Positions 10,237 to 19,036 of a DNA stretch of 64,000 nt are shown piece after piece (the stretch's first letter is position 1; each line of letters opens with the position of its first letter). Origin of the DNA: an uncultured Actinomycetes bacterium (GTDB lineage: Bacteria; Actinomycetota; Thermoleophilia; RBG-16-64-13); contig CAWJDT010000001.1 in the NCBI GenBank assembly GCA_963841735.1, positions 480,001 to 544,000 on the forward strand, in the 5' to 3' direction. The position numbers were made by a program, and so were the translations under genes. Under the pieces are notes generated by a model, which made no database searches, had not been told where the DNA came from, and worked only from the letters and a program-made list of their open reading frames with translations.

Positions 10237-11448
10237 TCACGGCTTTCTCCTATCCGGCTCGTCTTCCGGGATATCCGGGCGCTCCGGCGGTTTCGGGGAC
10301 TCTACGCGTTCCTGGGGTCGCAACCTTCGGGGGGGCGGCGCCCCCGACCGGGCCGGGATAAGGGCGACGCCGTCATCGCCTGCCCAGGACGCTCTGGAGA
10401 ACTTGAAGTCATAGAAGGTCAGGGTGTGCTTGAGCATCGCGAGAAGCGGCAGCGCCGCAATCATCCCAAGTACGCCCCCGATCTGGGCGCCGGCCAGCAA
10501 CGCGAAGATGACGACGAGGGGATGCACACCCACCGAGCTGCCCACGATGTTGGGAGCAAGAATGTGGCTTTCAAGCTGCTGGATGACCACGTACACGATG
10601 ATGACTACAAGCGCGGCGGTGGGAGAATGGAAGAAGGCGGCTATGACCGGCGGAACAGCGCCCAAGAAAGGCCCCACGTACGGGATGACCTCAGTGATGC
10701 CGGCCCAGACGCCAAACAGCAGCACCCACTGACCGCCCTCCGGCCACACCCCCACGATGTCCCAGCTCAGGACCCAGATGGCAAGTCCGCAGGCCACCCC
10801 GATGGTGGCGCCCAAGAGCGCCTGGCCTCGGACGAAATGGCCGAAGGCTGTTTGCAGGCCCCGAACGTACTTCTCCTTGACTTCGGGCTCGCCCGGCGCC
10901 AGGCGGCAGATGAAGCGGAAGATACGCTTGCCGTCGATGAGCATGTAGAAGCTCACGACCACAGTCAGAAAGAGATTGACCAAGGCCCCCACAACGCTCC
11001 AGCCAACGGAGACCAAGGCGCCGATGGATTGGGTACCGTGTGTCTCCAGCCAGTTGACGATGTCGGCGGTGTTGATGCGCAGGTTAACGTTCAGGTTATG
11101 GGCGGCCAGCCACCCTTGCAGGTCGGCGAGAAGATTGTTGAGCGAGTCCAGCCAGGTGGGAATGACCTCGAAAAGCCGCTGGAACTGTCGGATGAGCGGG
11201 GGGCCAAAGAACACGAACACCACCACGACCACAGCGATGAAAGCCAGGTAGACCGACGGCACCGCGAGCCACCGGGGGCACTTGATGCGACCCAGCGCCA
11301 GTACCACGGGGTTGAGCAGCAACGCCACAATGATGGAAATAAGAAAGACAAAGACGGCATGACTCGCGGCCCGGCCGAAGTAGAGGGCAAGAAAAATCGC
11401 AATGGGAATCAGCAGGAACTGGACCCACCGCGGTATCGTAATGCGCAC
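10237..11448 (-). CDS. AI-2E family transporter
   Basis: Multiple TM helices, IPYVGP, QQLES.ILAP.IVG..VGVHP, GG.LGMI.ALP; AGGAGG upstream of the GTG. Confidence 0.9.
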   Translation of the reverse strand: MRITIPRWVQFLLIPIAIFLALYFGRAASHAVFVFLISIIVALLLNPVVLALGRIKCPRWLAVPSVYLAFIAVVVVVFVFFGPPLIRQFQRLFEVIPTWLDSLNNLLADLQGWLAAHNLNVNLRINTADIVNWLETHGTQSIGALVSVGWSVVGALVNLFLTVVVSFYMLIDGKRIFRFICRLAPGEPEVKEKYVRGLQTAFGHFVRGQALLGATIGVACGLAIWVLSWDIVGVWPEGGQWVLLFGVWAGITEVIPYVGPFLGAVPPVIAAFFHSPTAALVVIIVYVVIQQLESHILAPNIVGSSVGVHPLVVIFALLAGAQIGGVLGMIAALPLLAMLKHTLTFYDFKFSRASWAGDDGVALIPARSGAPPPRRLRPQERVESPKPPERPDIPEDEPDRRKP

Positions 11449-11602
11449 CTGTGCCCTCCTTGGCCCCGTCTGCTTGGGGCAATGTGCTCTGCGCCAAAGC
11501 TTACCAGCCAACCGAATCCGGCGCCGGGGCCGTGTGGTGTCGGTGTCGGGCCCGCCGGCCATGCCCTGGGCGACCTGGGTGGCAGGTGGTAACGTAACCC
11601 CA

Positions 11603-12409
11603 ATGCAAGAAGAGGTATCCGCACAGGAAGCGCAGCGCCAAGAGGAGCGGCTCAGGCGCAAGAACCGGCGGGCCGCGATGTACCGCCAAAGAAGAATGCG
11701 GCTCGCGTTGGCATTTGCCGCGGTGGTCGTGGTGGTTCTGGGCATAGTCATCGCCGCGGCCACGGGCGGTTCCACAACCCAGGTAGATACTGCGGCCCTA
11801 CTCGCGGGCGGGGCCCGCTCTCCTTCGGCACCCGTGGCCGCGACCTCGGGGGACTATCCCGCCTTCGCCCGTTTGGGCGACCGAAACCTTCTGCTGCCTG
11901 TCAAGGCCAGCGACGCGACCATTGTCGCCTACCAGCCAGTGAGCGATGAGCGAGTCGTCGCGCTTACACCTATTGGACAGAAGGCCAATACTAACGCGAT
12001 CATCCGTTTCTTCAGAGGTATCTTCTCCGCGGAACCGTCGGTGCGCTACTACCAGCTCGAGGGGGGTGCGGGCGAGCCCACCAGTTCGGTGCTGGTGGGC
12101 GCCGCGCCGGGTTCCCCCGTCTACGCCCCCATCTCCGGGGTGGTGACCCGGGTCCACCCGTACATGCTGTTTGGCAAGTACGACGATGTGCAGATCGACA
12201 TCCGGCCCGAGAAGATGGGTGGGGTCACCGTGTCGCTCTTGTTTATCAGCGACCCCATGGTCTCCATCGGCGAGACCGTCACGGCCGGCAAGACAGTGTT
12301 GGGCGCGGTGCGCCGGTGCCCCGAGACACTAGGCGCGGGTCTGTCGGAATACACCCATGACTCCGGTTCACATGTGAACCTGCAGGTAATGGGAGAGCCG
12401 GCCAATTGA
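11603..12409 (+). CDS. Membrane-anchored M23/LytM-fold protein with degenerate metal ligands
   Basis: Basic N-terminus plus TM helix; GSPVYAPISGVV, V..GETV.AG, HVNLQV. Confidence 0.6.
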   Translation: MQEEVSAQEAQRQEERLRRKNRRAAMYRQRRMRLALAFAAVVVVVLGIVIAAATGGSTTQVDTAALLAGGARSPSAPVAATSGDYPAFARLGDRNLLLPVKASDATIVAYQPVSDERVVALTPIGQKANTNAIIRFFRGIFSAEPSVRYYQLEGGAGEPTSSVLVGAAPGSPVYAPISGVVTRVHPYMLFGKYDDVQIDIRPEKMGGVTVSLLFISDPMVSIGETVTAGKTVLGAVRRCPETLGAGLSEYTHDSGSHVNLQVMGEPAN

Positions 12410-13392
12410 ACGCGCGGTACTGTTCCAAGTGCGGTGGCACCCTCGGAATGCAGCCTGTGGGAGATCGACCCCGCGAGGTTTGCTCTGTCTGCGGAGAGAT
12501 CTTCTACCATAATCCCCTCCCCGCGGCGGCCGCCCTGGTCCTCGACGGCAACCGGCGGGTGCTCCTGGTGCGGCGAAAGTACCCTCCCAACCAGGGGATG
12601 TGGTGCCTTCCCACGGGTTTTGCCGAGATGGGCGAGACCATAGCCGAGGCCGCCCTTCGAGAGCTTCGCGAAGAGACCGGCCTTACAGGCCGAGTGGCGC
12701 GGCTCATAGACGCCGACTCGTGGAAGAGCAGCTTCTACGGCGACGTGCTCGTGGTGACCTTCGAGGTGGACAAACTCTCGGGCACCGAGACCGCGGGGGA
12801 CGACGCCGACAAGACAGGCTACTTCGCCATCGACAGCCTGCCACCCCTGGCCTTCGCCTCCAACGAGAAGGCCATCAGGCTCTGCGCCGACCTCCACCGA
12901 GACGACTGGGCTATCCACGACTCTTTCCACGGCTTGGAGGACGGCACCGGACAGGCCATGCTCTCCGACAGCCTGGTGAGTTTCGTGAGCGAGCACGCTC
13001 AGTTGGTGGCCCGCCTCTGGCTGGCCGACGTACGCTCGAGCCGTACCACCGAGGGCTATAGGCGCCTGGACCCCGAGGCCCTGCTAACCGAGTGCACCGC
13101 CGGACTTCAGCTTCTGGGCCGCTGGCTGGAGGGCGAGAGCACCGAAGAGAAGATCAAGACTTCCTACAGGGGATTGGGAGAGCAGCGCCACACCCAAGGC
13201 ATAGAGGCCCACGAGATGCTCTCCGCGGTACTGCTGCTAAAGAAGCAGATCTGGACGTACGCGCGCTCCCAGGGCGTATGGGAGCGGCCCGTCGATGCCT
13301 ACCGCATGATGGAATTGCAGAGCCGCTTCGCCGTCTACTTCGACAAGGCCGTTTACCACCTGACCCGGGGCTACTCGGACGCTCGGGGGTAG
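12406..13392 (+). CDS. Zn-ribbon NUDIX hydrolase fused to a C-terminal helical RsbRD_N-like domain
   Basis: CSKCG..CSVCG..YHNP; Nudix box GFAEMGETIAEAALRELREETGL; about 140 aa helical C-terminal domain. Confidence 0.85.
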   Translation: MNARYCSKCGGTLGMQPVGDRPREVCSVCGEIFYHNPLPAAAALVLDGNRRVLLVRRKYPPNQGMWCLPTGFAEMGETIAEAALRELREETGLTGRVARLIDADSWKSSFYGDVLVVTFEVDKLSGTETAGDDADKTGYFAIDSLPPLAFASNEKAIRLCADLHRDDWAIHDSFHGLEDGTGQAMLSDSLVSFVSEHAQLVARLWLADVRSSRTTEGYRRLDPEALLTECTAGLQLLGRWLEGESTEEKIKTSYRGLGEQRHTQGIEAHEMLSAVLLLKKQIWTYARSQGVWERPVDAYRMMELQSRFAVYFDKAVYHLTRGYSDARG

Positions 13393-13576
13393 CGCAGGCT
13401 CCGTGGGTGCGTCAAAGGCCGTGAGACACAGGGGGGCCTCCTCAGCTTTGAGCAAGGTAGAAGCCGGCGCGTACGCCCGTCGGCGATAGGACCTCGCGTC
13501 GGAAGCGCTGTTGGCCGCCGTCCATCACCCGGCCGACGTTGGCCTTGAACCTAGATGGGTAGGGGTGTGAGCAACC

Positions 13577-14116
13577 CTACTCGGACAGATCAATGAACTG
13601 TGCGACCACTACCACAGCAACAACAAGAGCTCCGGCGACACTCACCCCGATGTGCCACATCTTCAGCCGGCACACTCTCCGGCCGTCTCGCCCGCAGAGC
13701 GTCAGCTGCATTGCCTGGGCCAGCTGCCCCCCTAGCCCTCCCGAGACAACGTACACGGCCACACCGAGAGCGAGCCGTAGGTGGCTGTAGCTGGGCGAAA
13801 TGCTGCGAGTCCCAATCAAAGAAGACATGAGCACCATGACACCAAGACAGAGTCCAAACCATAGTCCGTGCTGCCACTTGATGGGCGTTCTATGGACAAG
13901 ACAGAAGACAAAGGAACCGAGGAGGGGCGGAGCAACCAGAGTGAGCATCCAAATGCCTAGGTTGCCCGATTCACCATTTGCGACAGACGACAGCGATAGG
14001 ACGAGGCCGAGAGAAAGAAACCATGCCATAACTCCAAGCAACGCGCTGCCGACCAATCGACCGCCGGTCGACCAAAGGGATCGCCACCTTGGGTTCTTCT
14101 CCGTTCCGTCTGTCAT
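13577..14116 (-). CDS. Hypothetical membrane protein (about 5 TM)
   Basis: ATG preceded by GGGGAGG; several hydrophobic helices; no recognised family. Confidence 0.6.
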   Translation of the reverse strand: MTDGTEKNPRWRSLWSTGGRLVGSALLGVMAWFLSLGLVLSLSSVANGESGNLGIWMLTLVAPPLLGSFVFCLVHRTPIKWQHGLWFGLCLGVMVLMSSLIGTRSISPSYSHLRLALGVAVYVVSGGLGGQLAQAMQLTLCGRDGRRVCRLKMWHIGVSVAGALVVAVVVVAQFIDLSE

Positions 14117-14183
14117 TCTGCCTCCCCCAAAAGTGCACTCCAGCCAGCAGCGAAAGCCTACCACCAAGGGGCCCATGGGCAGC

Positions 14184-14257
14184 GGCCGAGCGAAGCAAGG
14201 GCCCAGGCGGCCGAGCGAAGCAAGGGCCACCAGCAAGGGCCGAGCGAAGCGAAGGCC
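14184..14257. repeat. Three direct copies of a 20-bp mini-hairpin GGCCGAGCGAAGC(AAG/GAA)GGCC
   Basis: Copies at 14184-14203, 14209-14228 and 14238-14257. Confidence 0.8.
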
Positions 14258-14345
14258 GGCCCAATGGTGTGACACTCAGCGCCAACATGCCTCCGAGCGA
14301 CCCATCTAGCGTCAGCGCGCGGCCGCGCCCCGACCAGGAGGGTTC

Positions 14346-14426
14346 GGCCTAGTCCGATGTGCGCTTTCGCAGCGAGACGCGCACGGGTTGTACGCGCCGC
14401 GAAGAAAGCGTGCATCGGGATAGGCC
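14346..14426 (+). other. About 80-nt intergenic hairpin with a 23-bp outer stem
   Basis: GGCCTAGTCCGATGTGCGCTTTC pairs with GAAAGCGTGCATCGGGATAGGCC with three G-T wobbles and one mismatch. Confidence 0.6.
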
Positions 14427-14472
14427 GCACTCACTGAAAGGTAGGGGCGCTGCCGCGCAGCCCCCAAGCTAG

Positions 14473-15495
14473 CTAGACGTTGAAGCGGAAGTTCACAATA
14501 TCCCCGTCGGCGACGATGTAGTCCTTGCCTTCCACCCGCAGGACCCCGGCATCGCGGCAGGCCTTCGTGTTTCCGTGCTTCATGAAGTCGTCGTAGGAGA
14601 CGATCTCAGCTCGGATGAAGCCCCGCTGGATGTCGGAATGGATGGCCCCGGCCGCTTCGCGGGCCGTTTCGCCGGCGCGGATGGGCCAAGCCCGCACTTC
14701 ATCGGTGCCGGAAGTGAGAAAGCTGATGAGCCCCAACTCTTTGAAGGCCGCCTGGGCCACCACGTCGGCCGCCGGCCCCGGCAAGCCGAGAGCCGCCGCG
14801 TACTCCTCCTGCTCCTCTATGGAAAGACGAGCCACTTCCAATGCGTCGAGAAAGGGAAAGGCCACCACCGGGCGGCCCCGGGCCGGACCTTCGAGCGCCG
14901 GCGCCTCGCGGCCGGCCTCCGCCGCCGCCTCAGCCTCGGTGTTCAGCAAGAGCAACTGCGGGGTGAGTGTGAGGAACTGATATCCCTTGATGAAAGAGAG
15001 CTCTGCCTCCTCAAAAGCGACCTCGCGCAGGGGGGTCTCGGCTTCCAGCACCTCTTGACAGCGAGTGAGGGCCTTCTTGCCGGCATCGGACAAAGGCGTC
15101 TTCTTGGTCCGCTCGAACGCGCGCTCCACGCGAATGAGGTCGAACATAAGGAACTCATGGTCCAGCTCGGCGAGATCGACATCCGGGCGAGCCGGCTCCC
15201 CCAGGAGAGGATTGTCGAAGGCACGCAATACGTGCAGATAGAGTTGTCCGCCGGCGAGTGCGTCCAGGTAGCGTTCCATCTCGCCCTTGCGCGCGCTGGC
15301 CTCCGGCCACCCCACTTCCTGCACCTTGAGTTCGGCAAAAGTGGTCTTCTTGGGTTGAAAGATCTCGGAAAGAGCGCGCACCCGCGAGTCGCCTACGTGC
15401 ACAGTGGCGATGTGCCCTTCGCCCCGCCCCTCAGCTAGGGCGGCCACTAAGGTGCTCTTGCCGCAGCCCTTAAGTCCGATGATGCGTGCTTCCAC
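14473..15495 (-). CDS. YchF-like OBG-family ATPase (DUF933 C-terminus), divergent
   Basis: GLKGCGKST, F.PKKTT.A, LISFLTSG.DEVRAW.I, AAGAIHSDIQRGFIRAE, R.EGKDY.V.DGDI..FRFNV. Confidence 0.88.
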   Translation of the reverse strand: MEARIIGLKGCGKSTLVAALAEGRGEGHIATVHVGDSRVRALSEIFQPKKTTFAELKVQEVGWPEASARKGEMERYLDALAGGQLYLHVLRAFDNPLLGEPARPDVDLAELDHEFLMFDLIRVERAFERTKKTPLSDAGKKALTRCQEVLEAETPLREVAFEEAELSFIKGYQFLTLTPQLLLLNTEAEAAAEAGREAPALEGPARGRPVVAFPFLDALEVARLSIEEQEEYAAALGLPGPAADVVAQAAFKELGLISFLTSGTDEVRAWPIRAGETAREAAGAIHSDIQRGFIRAEIVSYDDFMKHGNTKACRDAGVLRVEGKDYIVADGDIVNFRFNV

Positions 15496-15592
15496 CGCTG
15501 CCTCTCTTGCCGTTCCGGGATATGTCCCAGTGTAACCCGTTCGGCCAAACCGTGGGACAATTGCGCCGCCTCAAACTACCGAAGGATGGAAT

Positions 15593-16210
15593 ATGCACCG
15601 TCGAACAATGAAACTACTGCTACTGCCGGCAGCGCTTGCGCTATCAGTGTCGATACTTGCCGCCGGCTGCGGCACCGCCACCACCGACGCCAGTGTCAAG
15701 AACTATGTGGATGCCGACTACGGCTACAGCTTCGACTACCCGGGCGCATGGAAGCTGGTCGATAGCGGCCAGGCCAACGCCACCAGCGGCGCCAGCGCGG
15801 TATCGATCATCACCGTCGGCGACCCCGACGGGACCGAGGTGGACGGCACCGGTCTCGACCTGATGATGGTCCAGATCTACAAACTCAGCGTCACCTTCGA
15901 CGAGACAATGATGCCCGATGCCTTGGCGGCACTTGAGCCGCTCATGGCCAGTCTTCCGGCACAGGATCCCACATGGAAAGAGGAGACGCCCCTCACCGAG
16001 ACGGAAGTTGGCGGGGCGCCCGGCTATGTGACCACGTCCACTTTCTCGGCCGACGATGGTACGCCGATGAGGACAACGTCTTACTTCATCTTCTTGGGCA
16101 ACATCGAGTACCAGTTGGTGATCCAGGCCTCCTCTGAGAACTGGGCGAAGGACCAGGCGATCTTCGACGCCTTCCTGGCGAGCTTCAAACTAGTCCCAGC
16201 GGCTCTGTAG
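15593..16210 (+). CDS. PsbP-like lipoprotein
   Basis: Lipobox AAGC; YGYSFDYP..W; C-terminal FDAFLASFK. Confidence 0.7.
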   Translation: MHRRTMKLLLLPAALALSVSILAAGCGTATTDASVKNYVDADYGYSFDYPGAWKLVDSGQANATSGASAVSIITVGDPDGTEVDGTGLDLMMVQIYKLSVTFDETMMPDALAALEPLMASLPAQDPTWKEETPLTETEVGGAPGYVTTSTFSADDGTPMRTTSYFIFLGNIEYQLVIQASSENWAKDQAIFDAFLASFKLVPAAL

Positions 16211-16249
16211 CAACCAGGCGACGAGAGCGGGAGCGCCTGGGGACAAGAT

Positions 16250-17683
16250 TCAGGCGGTGGAGGCCATTGCCTCCACCGCCACGGCGATCTCCAGCGCCGG
16301 GCTGTTGAAGTTGCTGACCGTACGCGGTTCGAACGGGAAGGGGCTGCCTTCCTCCCATTGGGCTCCGCCCACCGGCGCCTTGCAGACGTTTTTGGCCGGC
16401 CGCCTGCTCTTGTTGAGGTCGGCTGCATCCACCGGCGACAAGAAGTCGATGCGACCCATGCAGGTATCGAGCCTCGTGGACCCGACGGCCTCCACGATCG
16501 CGTCCTTGCTGTCGAGGTCTCTGGACCTAGAAAAAGCATTCACCGCCCATTCGAAACAGGCGTATTGCCCGATTGCAGCGGTCCACTGCTCGCCGGTCTT
16601 GGTCATGTAATCTTGGGCAAGCCGCTCGGCGGAGCGACCCGTGATCGAATCCGCGTAGGGCCAATCGGGCTGCCATAGACTCTCCGCGGTCACGCCTCGG
16701 GCGCCAAGCCCGATCGCCTCCAAGGCCTGCGGGAACAAGAGAGCCTGGCTCATGGTCAGCACCTTGGGCCGGTAGCCCATCTCCTGCGACTGCTTCCAGA
16801 AAGTGATGAAGTCCGTGGCGCCCATGGCCCCACAGCAGAGCTCGCAACCGTCCTTTATGAATGCCGAGATCAACGGGGAGTAGTCCACACCGCCGGCCGC
16901 AAACAGTCCTGGCAACACCGGTTGGTATCCCGCGGCCGTCGCCGTCGCCGGCAGCCCGGTCGCTTCATCTGTCCACACGGCCGCCTCCGGGACCATCGGC
17001 GAAAACGAAGCCGACCTTCTTGTTGGTCTCCACCTGGTCCCACATGGCCAGGTAGTTCCCGGCGATGTCTTCGAGCCCGATGGCATAGGCGTAGGTCCAT
17101 TTGAACGAAGTGTCGAGAGTCCCGCCCGACCTGATAGGTATGGCCGCCAGTGAACGAAGCTGGAAAGGCAAGGACATCCCGAGACTTCCGCTTCAGTGGC
17201 CACCGGATTGACCAGTTCGGCCGGCCCCGAGCAAAGAAGGATATCGGCTTTGCCTTCGGTGACGAGGGTGACGGCTCCCGCCGCCGCGGTGTTCGGGTCG
17301 GAGCGGCTGTCCTGCACCATGAAGATGATCTCTCGCAGCCTTCCGTCGCCGCAGAGCACGCCATTGGGAAGAGCGGCCTTGGCAGAGCGGATCCACCATT
17401 CGTCCGCCTTGCCGAACAGCGCGAGAGGGCCACTGGCGGCCGAGACCACGCCGATGCGCAGATGGCGCCCGGTCTCTGGGCTCGCTCGCACGGTGGTCGT
17501 GGGCCGCGGGGCCTCGGTGGTGGGGGGATCGCTGCCGATGGTGGCTACGGTGTTAGGCGTGTCCTCATTGTCCTCGCAAGCGGACAGCAATCCACCAAAG
17601 CCAAGGCCAAGACCGGCCACGGCTCCAGCCTTTCCGGCCAGCCTCAAGAACTCGCGGCGACTGACGGGTTCAAGCGTGCTCAC
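16250..17683 (-). CDS. Tat-exported lipoprotein, branched-chain-amino-acid-type ABC substrate-binding protein (internal compensated frameshift about 16990-17127)
   Basis: SRREFL Tat motif, LSAC lipobox, IGVVS..SGPLA.FG, DSRSDPN.A. The conserved-looking FKWTYAYAIGLEDI..YLAMWDQVETNKKVG segment lies in another frame. Confidence 0.85.
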   Translation of the reverse strand: MSTLEPVSRREFLRLAGKAGAVAGLGLGFGGLLSACEDNEDTPNTVATIGSDPPTTEAPRPTTTVRASPETGRHLRIGVVSAASGPLALFGKADEWWIRSAKAALPNGVLCGDGRLREIIFMVQDSRSDPNTAAAGAVTLVTEGKADILLCSGPAELVNPVATEAEVSGCPCLSSFVHWRPYLSGRAGLSTLRSNGPTPMPSGSKTSPGTTWPCGTRWRPTRRSASFSPMVPEAAVWTDEATGLPATATAAGYQPVLPGLFAAGGVDYSPLISAFIKDGCELCCGAMGATDFITFWKQSQEMGYRPKVLTMSQALLFPQALEAIGLGARGVTAESLWQPDWPYADSITGRSAERLAQDYMTKTGEQWTAAIGQYACFEWAVNAFSRSRDLDSKDAIVEAVGSTRLDTCMGRIDFLSPVDAADLNKSRRPAKNVCKAPVGGAQWEEGSPFPFEPRTVSNFNSPALEIAVAVEAMASTA

Positions 17684-17765
17684 ACTAGGACTTTACAGCA
17701 TTCTTACTGCTAGGGGGCTATACTCCGGTGGCGCCTTTCCCTTAACCTTTTCAAGTGAGGTACTT

Positions 17766-18929
17766 GTGAGCAAGAGACTCGTTGTCGTAATACTGGCACT
17801 GGTCATGGTCACGCTGGTGGGCTCATTGGCCGGCTGCGGAAGTGCCCTGCCCAAGGACGCCGTGGCCAAAGTCGGAGACAGCTATGTCACCCAAGCGGAC
17901 TTCGATCTGCGCGTCTCCGGAGTGGCCAGCCAATACGGCCTCACCAAGGAGAGCGACCCTGAATACTACCTGCAAATACAGGGTCAAGTGCTCGACATTA
18001 TGATCGAGAACGCACTGGCGGCCACCAAGGCCGGAGAGCTGGGCTTCACGGTCAGTGACGAGGAAGTGCAGGCAGAGATAGACACCATGTTGGCCACTTG
18101 GTATGGCGGCGACCAGGCCGCCCTGGAGCAGGAGCTCGGGGCAGCGAACATAACCTTGGATCAGCTGAAGGCAGAGTACCGAGAGTACCTGCTTACCAAG
18201 AAGGTCTACGAGGAAGTGACCAAGGACGTCCCGGCGGTCTCAGACGAGGCCCTCTCCGCCTACTACGAGGCGAACAAGGAGTCCTACTACACTCCGGAGA
18301 GCCGGACTGTGCGCCATATCCTGGTCATGCCTGGCAAGACCGCCACAGACGACTCCACCTCCACCACCGCCGGTGAGGCGACCACTACTACCACCACCCT
18401 GACCGATGCCGATTGGGCAGAAGCGTTGGCCCAAGCCAACGAGGTCCGCGCGAAGCTGGTGGCCGGCGGCGACTGGACCGAACTGTCTGCTCAGTACTCC
18501 GATGACACCTACTCCAAGGACCAAGGCGGCGAGTTGGGAGCCGTTGGCAAGGGCGAGATGGTAGGAGAGTTCGAGGACGCTGTGTTCTCACAATCTGTTG
18601 ACGAGATATCACAGCCCATCAAGACCATCTATGGGTACCACGTCATCCAGGTCACGGCCATCACCGAGGCCGTCCAGGAGACCCTCGCTGACGTCAGAGA
18701 CACCATCGCCACCGACCTCCTCGACCAGGCCAAGTTCGATGTGTGGACGCAGTGGGTCGCAGACATGAAGGCCAAGACCACCATCATCTACCGCGATGAC
18801 CTGGCGCCTGTCACTACCACCACTGTCGCTCCTGCAGGTTCGGAAACCACCGTTCCCGCGGATTCGACCACCACTACAGTCGGCCAGACCATCACTACGG
18901 CTGCTCCGACTACGACGACTACGAAGTAG
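17766..18929 (+). CDS. prsA: Parvulin-type peptidyl-prolyl isomerase lipoprotein (PrsA/SurA-like)
   Basis: Lipobox LAGC, VAKVG, VRHILV, YSDD..SK.QGGELG, EFEDAVF, SQPIKT.YGYHVI, Thr-rich tail. Confidence 0.9.
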   Translation: MSKRLVVVILALVMVTLVGSLAGCGSALPKDAVAKVGDSYVTQADFDLRVSGVASQYGLTKESDPEYYLQIQGQVLDIMIENALAATKAGELGFTVSDEEVQAEIDTMLATWYGGDQAALEQELGAANITLDQLKAEYREYLLTKKVYEEVTKDVPAVSDEALSAYYEANKESYYTPESRTVRHILVMPGKTATDDSTSTTAGEATTTTTTLTDADWAEALAQANEVRAKLVAGGDWTELSAQYSDDTYSKDQGGELGAVGKGEMVGEFEDAVFSQSVDEISQPIKTIYGYHVIQVTAITEAVQETLADVRDTIATDLLDQAKFDVWTQWVADMKAKTTIIYRDDLAPVTTTTVAPAGSETTVPADSTTTTVGQTITTAAPTTTTTK

Positions 18930-18997
18930 GGGCCGACGAGCCACACACCCGCACGGGCCACCAGGCACGTGCGCAGAGATCGTCCGTAGAGACTACG

Positions 18998-19036
18998 ACG
19001 GGGCCGGGGATGATTTCCCCGGCCCCGTAATTCTTT
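18998..19036 (+). terminator. Rho-independent terminator after prsA
   Basis: 13-bp stem ACGGGGCCGGGGA-TGATT-TCCCCGGCCCCGT followed by AATTCTTT. Confidence 0.75.

Noticed and set aside
14184-14257. Possible mini CRISPR array
   Set aside because: Repeats are 20 bp with 5- and 9-nt spacers, and there are no cas genes.
13551-14309. 10-bp inverted repeat CTAGATGGGT/ACCCATCTAG flanking the orphan membrane gene as IS or MITE ends
   Set aside because: It does not extend, and there is no target duplication or transposase; could be chance.
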